Shown in pieces: positions 54,997-64,000 of a DNA stretch of 64,000 bases. Position numbers and translations under genes: made by a program. Origin of the DNA: an uncultured bacterium (GTDB taxonomy: Bacteria > Patescibacteriota > Minisyncoccia > Phycocordibacterales > PALSA-1337); contig OY969557.1 of assembly GCA_963701025.1 (NCBI GenBank), positions 506,042 through 570,041 of the forward strand. The letters run 5' to 3'. The notes beneath the pieces were generated by a model. That model ran no database searches and was not told where the DNA came from. It worked only from the letters and a program-made list of their open reading frames with translations. Position 1 is the stretch's first letter; the number at the start of each line of letters is the position of its first letter.

Positions 54997-56253
54997 CTAT
55001 TTGACCGTCAATCTGCTCTCAACCCTTTCGAGCACTTCGATGTAAAAACGGAATGGCAATGAGATGCCATCCTTCACACACCGATTGTTGAACAGGTTGA
55101 TGCGGTAATTGACGCTATTCATCCAAATGTTGAGAAGTTGCTCGTCCCGAACATTCGGGTGAACGACGAAGTTCGGAGTATCGTTGCCAGGACATCTCCA
55201 AACGGCGCCGTCATAGTGGATATATAAGCCATGAGTCAACTGATTGCATGGAGCTAGCCCGATGTATGGATGGGCTCCTTCGTGTTTCAATTGCTCTAGA
55301 CTCATAACACCGCGCTCGATCGTCCAAGCATAGACATCGACTGCCATATCAATGTAATCCTGTTCGAATTTGGCGTCGTGCGCAGACTTGACCAACTTGT
55401 GCCCTTTGCCGCTAACCATGGTCGGCGGGATATACACCGGGATGTTTCTTTCCACTCCCCAACGATATATCTCGAATGCGCCGTCGATGTTCTGTGCCGT
55501 AACAGGCGCACAAGCAATGACGATCCTCTGCTTCATCAGATCAGCATTCATTCCGGCCTCGCACAAACGTTCGACAGCTATATTGCGGGCCAGATGGTAA
55601 TCGAACTCCTGACCGAATTCCCTTTTGTTCTGGGGAATGAATACGCCATTCTCGAAGGCGGGGTCAAATGAACGGCCGCCGACTAAGAACGTAGTGTTTG
55701 GATATGACACCAGACGCCGAACCAATTCCTCCGAACCGATACCGAGGTAATGCTGGGACAAAGCGTCATTGCCCATGATCGCACCCTTAGTGAATATTCC
55801 AACCACGATATCCCGTTCAGCGAACCCATCGAGGATTTGGAACAACTCCGGGTTCGCCAGTAGCTCTCCCGGACCGAGGAATTTCACCGATTCAAGGCCA
55901 AGCTCCTTTGCCTGGTCTATGACATTCATGACCTCGGCTAGGCTCATTATCGGATTGTGCAGTTCGGCATTGTTGAAACAGCCGGGGCACTGATGTGGAC
56001 AGGGATAATTCTGGCTGAATAACCCCTTGGCCTCCTCGGGCGTGGCTGCGCCATTTATCATGGCGGCAAAGTCCGCACGAGGGATATTTATGTCCAAGGT
56101 AAGCATCTTTTTGACCAGCTTATCTCTGATATTGACCGTTTCACCGATCCGGTCTTCTGGATAGCTCCACTTGTGGACCATCAATCGGAATCCTTCCGGA
56201 ATCTTGCCTTTCGGCGGCAAAACCGGAGGGACATTTGGAAACTGATTTTTCAT
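54997..56253 (-). CDS. radical SAM protein with SPASM/Twitch-like C-terminal domain
   Basis: CPHQCPGC (CxxxCxxC), GPGELL, C...LYIHYDGAVWRCP...NVRD..L..IW. AAAGGA RBS before ATG 56253. Promoter TTGACA-N17-TATACT at 56351-56323. Confidence 0.88.
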   Translation of the reverse strand: MKNQFPNVPPVLPPKGKIPEGFRLMVHKWSYPEDRIGETVNIRDKLVKKMLTLDINIPRADFAAMINGAATPEEAKGLFSQNYPCPHQCPGCFNNAELHNPIMSLAEVMNVIDQAKELGLESVKFLGPGELLANPELFQILDGFAERDIVVGIFTKGAIMGNDALSQHYLGIGSEELVRRLVSYPNTTFLVGGRSFDPAFENGVFIPQNKREFGQEFDYHLARNIAVERLCEAGMNADLMKQRIVIACAPVTAQNIDGAFEIYRWGVERNIPVYIPPTMVSGKGHKLVKSAHDAKFEQDYIDMAVDVYAWTIERGVMSLEQLKHEGAHPYIGLAPCNQLTHGLYIHYDGAVWRCPGNDTPNFVVHPNVRDEQLLNIWMNSVNYRINLFNNRCVKDGISLPFRFYIEVLERVESRLTVK

Positions 56254-56469
56254 ATTATCCTTTCTTGTTGATTTCAAAGATCAACACGTTGTTTTTGTTT
56301 TCTGACTTGACTACCTGAACATAGTATAGCATTATAATACATTCCTGTCAACGGAAATCGTCAATAAAATCATCATATTTCCTTTATTAATCAATATATT
56401 TACCAATATCAACATATTTTTGTGGAATGTTATTGACACAAACAATTATTTTGATAGAATTGATACACA

Positions 56470-57246
56470 ATGCAAAATAAAAACGCACAATTAAAATTCA
56501 CTCTTCAGTCATTCGGATTCGGAGACAAAGAGTGCAGCGTATATTTCGCTTTATTGGAATTGGGCAGAGGTACAGTCACTGAGATATCAAGGAAGGCTGG
56601 CATAAACAGGACGACCGGCTATGATATCCTCGCTTCCCTCGGAACCAAGGGTCTAGTTAATATTTCGGGTAAGGAACCAAAACAAGAATATATAGTCGAG
56701 TCCCCGGACGCACTGATGAAGTATCTTGAAGATCAATCAGCTCAATTGGCCGAGAATATCAAGAAGGCAAAGGAAACCGTGGCCGAGCTCAAGTCTATGC
56801 AGGCCTTGGAAAATCGTCCGAAGATAAAATTTTACGAAGGCACGGAAGGATTGCGCAATGTCTACGAGGACACACTCACTTCTTCCGAGAAAATACTGGC
56901 TTATGCTTGCATCGATGACATGCACAAGGCTTTGCCTGATTATTTTCCTGAATATTACAAAAGACGCGCAAAAAACGGCATCTCTATCCGTGGCATCGTA
57001 CCCAAAACCAAGGCTGGTATCGAGCGAGCCAGTCACAACGAGGAGGAAAAACGCGAGATCGCTTTCGTCCCTGCCGATAAATATTACTTCTCGCCGGAAA
57101 TAAACATCTACGACAACAAGATTATGATTGCCTCATGGAGAGAAAAGCTCGGCATTATCATCGAAAGCGCAGAGATAGCCGACGCCATGAAGAAGATCTA
57201 TAGCCTTGCTTGGGCAGAGGCTAAACGATTAAGCAATAACGCCTAA
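56470..57246 (+). CDS. TrmB-family transcriptional regulator
   Basis: VYFALLELG.GTVTEISRKAGINRTTGYDIL, KIKFYEGTEGL, EINIYDNKI, GIIIESAEIA. Confidence 0.9.
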   Translation: MQNKNAQLKFTLQSFGFGDKECSVYFALLELGRGTVTEISRKAGINRTTGYDILASLGTKGLVNISGKEPKQEYIVESPDALMKYLEDQSAQLAENIKKAKETVAELKSMQALENRPKIKFYEGTEGLRNVYEDTLTSSEKILAYACIDDMHKALPDYFPEYYKRRAKNGISIRGIVPKTKAGIERASHNEEEKREIAFVPADKYYFSPEINIYDNKIMIASWREKLGIIIESAEIADAMKKIYSLAWAEAKRLSNNA

Positions 57247-57391
57247 AAACACCATTCATGCGAAAAAGCTCATTCTGTAAACTAAGCTTGCGCTCTTTTG
57301 TATATATGATAGATTACTCCCATCAGCTCTGTTCGCCAGACCGGCGGACATTTTAGTTAGAGGCCCGAAAACTTAATAACAATTAAATAAC

Positions 57392-58540
57392 ATGTTCGAC
57401 CTCAAAGTCATAAATAGCGTCGTCCAACAGCTCGAGGAAGAGCGCGGCATCCCGCGCGAAAAGACCCTTGAGGCCATTGCCATGGCCTTGGCCACCGCTT
57501 ACAAGAAAGAATACGGCAAGAAAGGCCAGATCGTCCGCGCCTCATTCGACGCGAATACCGGCACGGTCGAATTTTGGCAGGTCAAGGTGGTCGTAGACCG
57601 CAACCAGGTCATCATGGAAGGCGATCCGGAGCCGGAGGAGGACCTGAAGGACGCCAACGTGGACGACATCAAGATCCGCTTCAACCCGGAACAGCACATG
57701 CTGCCGGAAGATGCCAAGAAGATCAAGCGCGACGCCGTCGTCGGCGACGAGCTGGTCTTCCCTCTGGAAACCAAGGCCGATTTCGGCCGCATCGCCGCCC
57801 AGACGGCCAAGCAGATCATCATCCAGAAGATCCGCGAAGCCGAGAAAGTCTCGGTCATGGGCGAATACGGCGAGAAAGAAGGCGAGATCGTGGCCGGCAC
57901 GGTCGAGCGCGTCGAACGCGGCACCGTATTCATCAATATGGGCCGCGCTCTCGGCGTCATCCCCTACGAGGAGCAGATCCCGAGCGAGCGCTGGAAGACC
58001 GGCGACCGCATCCGCGCCTATCTCTACGCCGTGGAGGAGACGCCAAAAGGCATAGTACTAAAGCTCTCTCGCGCCCATCCGCGATTCCTGGCCAAGCTCT
58101 TCGAGACCGAAGCGCCGGAGATCGCCGCCGGCACCGTCGAGATCAAGGCCATCGCCCGCGAAGCCGGCTCTCGCTCAAAGGTCGCCGTCGTCTCGCATGA
58201 TCCGCACATAGACCCCATCGGCTCCATGGTCGGCCAGCGCGGCGTCCGCGTCTCGACCGTGACTAGCGAGCTTTCCGGCGAGAAGATAGACATCGTCGAA
58301 TGGAACGAGGATCCAGCCCTTTTCATCGAAGAGGCTCTATCCCCCGCCGAAGTCGTATCCCTCGAGCTCGATGAACGAGAGCATCGCGCCATCGTCACCG
58401 TCACCGAAGACGAGCAATCATTGGCCATCGGCAAAGGCGGCCAGAACGTCCGCCTGGCGGCCAAATTGACGGGCTGGAAGATAGACATAAGGTCCGATAG
58501 CAGCGAAGAGGCCGTGGAATCAGAAGCCGTGGAGGCGTAA
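57392..58540 (+). CDS. nusA: transcription factor NusA
   Basis: FGRIAAQTAKQ, AREAGSRSKVAV, VGQRGVRV, SLAIGKGGQNVRLAAKLTGWKIDI. Confidence 0.98.
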   Translation: MFDLKVINSVVQQLEEERGIPREKTLEAIAMALATAYKKEYGKKGQIVRASFDANTGTVEFWQVKVVVDRNQVIMEGDPEPEEDLKDANVDDIKIRFNPEQHMLPEDAKKIKRDAVVGDELVFPLETKADFGRIAAQTAKQIIIQKIREAEKVSVMGEYGEKEGEIVAGTVERVERGTVFINMGRALGVIPYEEQIPSERWKTGDRIRAYLYAVEETPKGIVLKLSRAHPRFLAKLFETEAPEIAAGTVEIKAIAREAGSRSKVAVVSHDPHIDPIGSMVGQRGVRVSTVTSELSGEKIDIVEWNEDPALFIEEALSPAEVVSLELDEREHRAIVTVTEDEQSLAIGKGGQNVRLAAKLTGWKIDIRSDSSEEAVESEAVEA

Positions 58541-58553
58541 GATACCATTATCC

Positions 58554-58958
58554 ATGATTCCTTTCTTCAATATCCCCGACATATTCAATTTCCCCCAGCA
58601 TGTCCGGAACAGCTATGAGATACGGCGCGAGCACGCTACCGACAACGGCAATTACCGCAATTCTCTTTTCGTCGTTCCGCTCGAACAATCATTGGCAAAT
58701 CTGAACAAGATCGAGACGCTCATAGAGTCGCGCATGGACAAAGACGCCGCTTCAGGCACGGACATGACCGATGCCGGCCTTTTGCTCGTTATCGCCCAGC
58801 AGAGTCTGGCAAACGCCGTGAATGCCGTAGGCGAAGCCACTTCCACCGGGAGCGGGGGCCTACACCCCGCGTTCGTGAATGCGCATTTTGCACTAAATGA
58901 CGCCAAAGACGCTCTCAATACGGTTGTCGACGCCATAGCAACGGCCGAGAACGAATAA
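58554..58958 (+). CDS. hypothetical helical protein
   Basis: 134-aa ORF co-oriented and tightly packed between nusA and tig. Confidence 0.55.
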   Translation: MIPFFNIPDIFNFPQHVRNSYEIRREHATDNGNYRNSLFVVPLEQSLANLNKIETLIESRMDKDAASGTDMTDAGLLLVIAQQSLANAVNAVGEATSTGSGGLHPAFVNAHFALNDAKDALNTVVDAIATAENE

Positions 58959-58960
58959 AA

Positions 58961-59185
58961 ATGGAACCGACGCAAGACAAAGGCATAGGACCGATCATAG
59001 GGACGCTCGTCATCGTCATCGTCCTTTTTATCGCCGCCATATACGTCTTTGCCTCACATATAAACCGCCAATCTGCCATCGACGCTTCCCTCTACGCCAC
59101 ATCGACGCCCCAATTCCAGACCATCACCAATAACGCCGACGACGTGCGGTCATTGAAGAACGACCTTAATAATTCCGTTAAGTAA
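58961..59185 (+). CDS. small single-pass membrane protein
   Basis: IGPIIGTLVIVIVLFIAAIYVF hydrophobic helix. Confidence 0.7.
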   Translation: MEPTQDKGIGPIIGTLVIVIVLFIAAIYVFASHINRQSAIDASLYATSTPQFQTITNNADDVRSLKNDLNNSVK

Positions 59186-59190
59186 CCAAC

Positions 59191-60291
59191 ATGAGCGAGC
59201 AGAACAAGCCGGCACAGCCCGATGTCCCGACATCGTATGTTTCAGCGGCCGTTAAGCCCATCGAGAAGTCGCGCGTGGAGATTCAGGGCTCTATTGCGCC
59301 GGAAGTCTGGGAAAAATACCGCCCGCAGGCACTCAAACATATCAACGAGCACGTCACCGTGGACGGTTTCCGCAAGGGCATGATCCCGGATAATATCCTC
59401 GTCGCCAAAGTCGGCGATATGGCCGTCTTGGAAGAGATGGCCGAACTCGCCCTTTCCAGAGCGTATGTGGATATCATCATAGGTAACAGGATAGACGCCA
59501 TCGGCAAGCCGGAGATACAAGTAACGAAGCTGGCCATAGATAATCCTCTGGAATTCAAGATAATCACCGCCGTAGTGCCTGAAGTAAAATTGCCGGATTA
59601 TAGGAAGCTCGCCCAAAAAGAAGTTGCGAAACAAAATCAGGAAGATGTGAAGGTGACAGATAAAGATGTAGAGGATACAATTCTCCGTATAAGAAAATCG
59701 CGCGCGTCCCACGAAGGCCACGATCACGCTACGATGACGCCCGAAGAACACGAGAAGGCAGTGGAGGCCAGCCTGCCGGACTTGACCGACGACTTTGTGA
59801 AAACGTTAGGCGATTTTGCTGATGTCCCGGATTTCAAAAACAAGCTCTCGGCTATGGTGGCCGAGGAAAAACGCCAAACTGCCATAGAGAAGATGCGTAT
59901 CCGTATCGCCGACGCTATCACAGACGCTTCAAAAGCCGACTTGCCTGACATCATGACCGAGAGCGAGCTTCATCGTACCGAGGACCAATTCAAGGCCGAC
60001 ATGGAGCGGATGGGCGTCAAATTGGAGGATTATCTAAAGCACGCAAAGAAAACTATCGAGGAGATCCGGGCCGAATGGAGGCCTCATGCCGAAAAGAAGG
60101 CCAAACTGCAATTGGTTCTGAACTTGATAGCGAAAAAAGAGAACATCAAGCCTGATGTCGCCGAAGTCGAGGCTGAAGTGAGCCATATCATAGAGCACTA
60201 CAAAGAAGCCGACCGGGAGCATGCCAAGGCGTATGCCGAGACGATTATCACGAATGAAAAAATATTTCAGTTTCTGGAGAGTCAAAAATAA
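59191..60291 (+). CDS. tig: trigger factor lacking the FKBP PPIase domain
   Basis: GFRKGMIP signature, PEVKLPDY, LPDLTDDFVKTLG and the C-terminal chaperone domain. Confidence 0.93.
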   Translation: MSEQNKPAQPDVPTSYVSAAVKPIEKSRVEIQGSIAPEVWEKYRPQALKHINEHVTVDGFRKGMIPDNILVAKVGDMAVLEEMAELALSRAYVDIIIGNRIDAIGKPEIQVTKLAIDNPLEFKIITAVVPEVKLPDYRKLAQKEVAKQNQEDVKVTDKDVEDTILRIRKSRASHEGHDHATMTPEEHEKAVEASLPDLTDDFVKTLGDFADVPDFKNKLSAMVAEEKRQTAIEKMRIRIADAITDASKADLPDIMTESELHRTEDQFKADMERMGVKLEDYLKHAKKTIEEIRAEWRPHAEKKAKLQLVLNLIAKKENIKPDVAEVEAEVSHIIEHYKEADREHAKAYAETIITNEKIFQFLESQK

Positions 60292-60326
60292 GAGAACACA
60301 TGAAACAAAATAGCAAGTGAAATCGC

Positions 60327-61106
60327 TTATCGGGCGAAGATCACCTCCGACAGGGCGGCAATGACGGCAGTTTCAGCCCTTAATATCTGTGGCCCGAGAC
60401 AGACAGTCTCAATTCCATTCTTGTGAAACAGATCTATCTCATCCATAGACCAACCGCCTTCAGGGCCAATGAATACGGCAATGGGGATATCTCGGGGGAC
60501 ATCCTGTGGATTGAAGGCTTTGGCGTCGGTATGGAAGGCAATTTTTGCCCACTTTAGTTGACTAAAGTGCTTTGAATCAGACATGCCTTCTCCCCCCATT
60601 AGTGATTCAACTGTCTCTTTTAGATCCATTATCTGATGAATGGCCGGAACATTTCCCCTTCCAGACTGTTCACTCGCCTCAACCGCTATTTTGATCAATC
60701 GCTTTTCACTCAAAGATTTCTTCTCGCTCCTTTCGGCCATTATCGGGATTATATGCGTCACCCCCAATTCAGCGGCTTTTTCTACTATCCATTCAAAGGT
60801 GTCTTTCTTGACCACTGCCGCGCACAAGTAAATATCGCGCGCCGGCATGTAACGGCTCCTCGTCGAAGTTACCACGTCAAAAGCGACAAGATTCTTGTCA
60901 TCTTTCGCCTTGCCGGCGGATGACCCGGCAGATGACTCGCCTATCCGGCACTCATAATCAAAGCCCGAGCCGTCAAAGACGACCACCGAATCTCCCGCCT
61001 TCAGACGAAAAACCCGCCGCACCTGATTGGCCAGCTCGGCGGAATGAACAGAGAACTTGGTTTTATCGCCGACCTGCTCGTCAATGAAGAAACGATGCAA
61101 TCTCAT
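60327..61106 (-). CDS. rsmE: 16S rRNA m3U1498 methyltransferase RsmE
   Basis: VFRLKAGD, EKAAELGV, EASEQSGR, IGPEGGW, LGPQILRAETA. Confidence 0.95.
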   Translation of the reverse strand: MRLHRFFIDEQVGDKTKFSVHSAELANQVRRVFRLKAGDSVVVFDGSGFDYECRIGESSAGSSAGKAKDDKNLVAFDVVTSTRSRYMPARDIYLCAAVVKKDTFEWIVEKAAELGVTHIIPIMAERSEKKSLSEKRLIKIAVEASEQSGRGNVPAIHQIMDLKETVESLMGGEGMSDSKHFSQLKWAKIAFHTDAKAFNPQDVPRDIPIAVFIGPEGGWSMDEIDLFHKNGIETVCLGPQILRAETAVIAALSEVIFAR

Positions 61107-61141
61107 ATTCGTAGCATTCGAATGCTATTTGTGGATTCGGA

Positions 61142-61729
61142 TTACTTCTTCGTATCCGTGACCTGGTCTATTATGCCGTATTTCTTGGCCTCTTCGGCGT
61201 CCATGAAGAAATCGCGGTCGACGTCTTTCTCGATCTTATTCAAAGTCTGCCCGGTGTTCTTGGCCAGTATCTTATTGGTCAATGCCCGTGTCTTGATGAT
61301 ATGTTTGGCGGTAATCTCGATATCCGAAGCTTGACCTTCGACACCGCCAAGGGGCTGGTGGATCATTATCTCTGAATTCGGCAGAGCCAAGCGCTTCCCT
61401 TTTGTACCGGAAGAAAGGATTACCGCAGCCATGGAGGCAGCTATACCGACGCATACCGTGGAAACGTCATTTTTGATGTGATTAATCGTATCAACAACAG
61501 CAAGACCAGCCGTAACCGACCCGCCTGGAGAATTAATATATAGCGAAATCTCCTTCTTCGGATCTTCCGACTGCAAAAAGAGCAGCTGGGCGATGACGAT
61601 ATTGGCCACCGTGTCGTCGATGGGACCGCCGAGGAAGACTATATTATCCTTGAGCAGGCGCGAGTATATGTCATAGGCGCGCTCGCCGAAGGTCGATTTT
61701 TCTATGACGGTCGGGATAAGTATGGACAT
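61142..61729 (-). CDS. clpP: ATP-dependent Clp protease proteolytic subunit
   Basis: [41 protein letters not shown]. Confidence 0.97.
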   Translation of the reverse strand: MSILIPTVIEKSTFGERAYDIYSRLLKDNIVFLGGPIDDTVANIVIAQLLFLQSEDPKKEISLYINSPGGSVTAGLAVVDTINHIKNDVSTVCVGIAASMAAVILSSGTKGKRLALPNSEIMIHQPLGGVEGQASDIEITAKHIIKTRALTNKILAKNTGQTLNKIEKDVDRDFFMDAEEAKKYGIIDQVTDTKK

Positions 61730-61887
61730 GGCAGGCATTGTAGCATATAATACCCTCGTTATTCAATTTAATTTCGATACCGCCGTACGGACTGCCGTGA
61801 TCCCCCAACTTATGACACTCAATCTTAACAAGCCACAGATTCATACGTTACTTTCACCATAGTTCGTAGTGGCGGATCGCATCCGCA

Positions 61888-63421
61888 ATGTATTCATTAA
61901 AACTGATCGCCGTATTCCTGGCCATCGCCGGAATAGCAGGCATCGCCATAGGATATTACCTCCGGCTGATCATCTCTCTCGGCAAGAAAGGCTCGATGGA
62001 GCTCGAGATCAAGGAGATGCTCCTTGCCGCCAAGGAAGAAGCCAAGAAGATCACCATCGACGCCGAAGCCAAGGCCTCCCAGAGCGCGGAGGAGATGAAA
62101 AAAGAGATAAAAGAGAAAGAGGAGAAGAACAAGCACGCGGAAGAGCGTCTGATCAAGAAGGAGGACCTTTTGGATAAGCGCCAGAGCGATCTAGACAAGG
62201 AAGTCGAGTTGGTCAAAACCCGCGTGGCGGAGATAAAAGCCATACGAGATCAGGCCGACAAGCTTGAAGGACGATCGCAAACAGGCCTTGGAAAAGGTAG
62301 CCAAGCTCACGGCCGATGAAGCAAAACAGGAGATCATCAAGTTGGTCGAGAAGCAGTCAGAGGAAGACATCCTCGTTCGCATGAATAAGCTGGACACGCA
62401 GGGCGAAGAGATGCTCGACCGGAAGGCCCGCGACATTCTGGCCATATCCATACAACGCCTTGCTTCTTCCGTCGCCTCCGACGTCATGTCCACCGTCGTG
62501 CCCATACCGAGCGACGACGTCAAAGGCAAGATCATCGGCAAGGAAGGCCGCAATATCAAGGCCTTCGAGCGCGCCACCGGCGTGGAAGTCATGGTGGACG
62601 ACACCCCAGGCGCCATCACCATATCCTCATTCGATCCTGTGCGTCGCCATACCGCCCGCATCGCCCTCTTGGAGCTCATCAAAGACGGCCGCATTCAGCC
62701 GGCCAAGATAGAGCAGATCGTGGAAAAGGCCAAGCAGGAGATCAATAAGACCATAAAGGAAAAAGGCGAACAGGCCGCCTACGAATGCGGAGTGCTCGGC
62801 CTTGATCCCCGCATACTGCTTATCCTGGGCAGGCTTCATTTCCGCACAAGCTACGGCCAGAACGTCCTCATGCACTCCGTCGAGATGGCCCATATCGCCG
62901 GCATGATAGCCGAGGAGCTCGGCGCCAACGTCCAGGTGGCCAAAGCCGGCGCTCTCCTCCATGATATCGGCAAAGCCCTCGACCACGAAGTCTCCGGCAC
63001 TCATGTCGAGATCGGCCGCCGCATCCTCCAGAAGTTCGGCGCTTCCGAGGACATCGTCAAGGCCATGCAGGCCCACCATGAAGAATATCCATACGAGACC
63101 ATCGAATCCCGCATCGTCCAGACGGCTGACGCCATATCCGGCGCCCGCCCCGGCGCCCGCCGCGACAACATAGAGAATTACCTCAAGCGCCTCGGCGACC
63201 TCGAAGCCACCGCCAACTCATTCCCCGGCATAGAAAAGTCCTACGCTCTCCAAGCCGGCCGCGAAATCCGCGTCTTCGTCAAACCAGAGGCCATCGGCGA
63301 CGTCGAAGCCAAGGAATTGGCCCGCAATATCGCCTTGAAGATAGAAAAGGATCTGAAATATCCTGGTGAAATAAAAGTTACGGTTATAAGGGAGACGAGG
63401 ACGATAGAGTTTGCTAGGTAA
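61888..63421 (+). CDS. rny: ribonuclease Y (apparent frameshift near 62268)
   Basis: N-terminal TM and coiled coil, KH GKIIGKEGRNI, RTSYGQN, LLHDIGKA, ADAISGARPGAR, YPGEIKVTVIRE. Confidence 0.95.
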
Positions 63422-63439
63422 AAATGTTATAATATGGCC

Positions 63440-63517
63440 ATGAATAAGCATTGGTCAGTCAATGAAACGGAACTTATTAAGAATCCGGAGGCACACGCCA
63501 TCTGGAAGCGGATGTAA
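63440..63517 (+). pseudogene. 25-aa leaderless ORF, possibly a truncated small TA-type gene
   Basis: TATAAT-N6-ATG, then MNKHWSVNETELIKNPEAHAIWKRM*. Confidence 0.35.
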
Positions 63518-63603
63518 TCAGGTGTAATTCGTGGCCTATTGCTTAAAATAGCCCTTAAAGTACAATTAGAGCCATATTACTAATATAAATAACAATAAAA
63601 CAC

Positions 63604-63855
63604 ATGGCAACTAAGAACTCCGCATTCATGAAGCCTATGACAGTCAGCGCCGATTTGGCCGCAGTAGTAGGCAACGGTCCTATGCCTCGTTCAGAAGTCG
63701 TGAGTAAGCTTTGGGTCTACATAAAGGCCAACAACCTCCAGGACGCCAAGGACAAGCGCGTTATCAATCCTGACGAGAAGCTTGGGAAGGTTCTGGGCAA
63801 TGCGCCTATAAATATGATGAAAATGGGTGGAGCAGTGTCAAAACACCTCTCCTAA
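63604..63855 (+). CDS. SWIB/MDM2 domain protein
   Basis: SADLAAVVG..PMPRSEVVSKLWVYIK.NNLQD..DKR.I.PDEKL. Confidence 0.92.
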   Translation: MATKNSAFMKPMTVSADLAAVVGNGPMPRSEVVSKLWVYIKANNLQDAKDKRVINPDEKLGKVLGNAPINMMKMGGAVSKHLS

Positions 63856-63924
63856 CACCCCTATTGCCTAAAAAACGGCTTAACGTATAATGTAAGCCAC
63901 ATTACCAGCATTAACTAAATAATC

Positions 63925-64000
63925 ATGAATAAAGCTAGCATTGTAGAGGCAGTCCACGGCGTTCTCGGCGGTACCAAGGTCCAAGCCGAGCAAGCGGTTG
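63925..64000 (+). CDS. hup: HU-family DNA-binding protein (3'-partial)
   Basis: MNKASIVEAVHGVLGGTKVQAEQAV resembles an HU N-terminus. Confidence 0.75.
   Translation, partial: MNKASIVEAVHGVLGGTKVQAEQAV

Noticed and set aside
54997-56253. Radical SAM gene as a prokaryotic viperin or RiPP maturase
   Set aside because: It has a SPASM/Twitch-like tail rather than viperin-like motifs, and no precursor peptide or transporter is adjacent.
1-64000. tRNA, rRNA, prophage, transposase or integrase genes
   Set aside because: No cloverleaf, rRNA-like tract or recognisable recombinase or phage ORF was found by eye. tRNAscan-SE and Infernal would confirm.

Overview
This is a bacterial chromosomal window, most likely from a Patescibacteria/CPR (Parcubacteria-like) genome. 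That assignment is inferred from gene content: an interrupted ribosomal operon, a trigger factor without its PPIase domain, split ComEC, a type IV pilus cluster, a SWIB protein and many peptidoglycan-binding surface proteins. From 5.5 to 31 kb the minus-strand str-S10-spc superoperon (rpsL, rpsG, fusA, tuf, rpsJ, rplCDWB, rpsS, rplV, rpsC, rplP, rpmC, rpsQ, rplNXE) is interrupted at five points by toxin-antitoxin (TA) modules, large surface-protein genes, a histidine kinase and orphan ORFs. A recognisable sigma70 promoter with a hairpin leader restarts the operon after each interruption. From 31 to 43 kb are hicBA, a site-2 protease, rpmB, split comEC around a superoxide dismutase, rnhA, a TA pair, recJ, HIT, pgk and tpiA. 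From 43 to 57 kb is a type IV pilus cluster carrying a defence islet (type IIG R-M plus DUF3800 facing a putative ncRNA), then a Panacea/PemK TA pair and a radical SAM/TrmB pair. From 57 to 64 kb are nusA, tig, rsmE, clpP, rny, a SWIB protein and the start of HU. Several genes are frameshifted (fusA, pilB, rny, rnhA, the R-M gene, one prepilin), probably by sequencing indels. The main unexplained signals are: (1) a promoter-driven structured RNA converging on the DUF3800 gene, with a similar arrangement at a PBECR-like nuclease remnant; (2) three 6x11-bp arrays placed identically upstream of both comEC halves and a TA operon; (3) 7-9-bp periodic repeats at nearly every gene junction, some inside proteins; (4) directly repeated 36-bp palindromes bracketing a TA cassette. 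No rRNA, tRNA, CRISPR array, transposase or integrase was seen. All calls are by eye from motifs; no searches were run.
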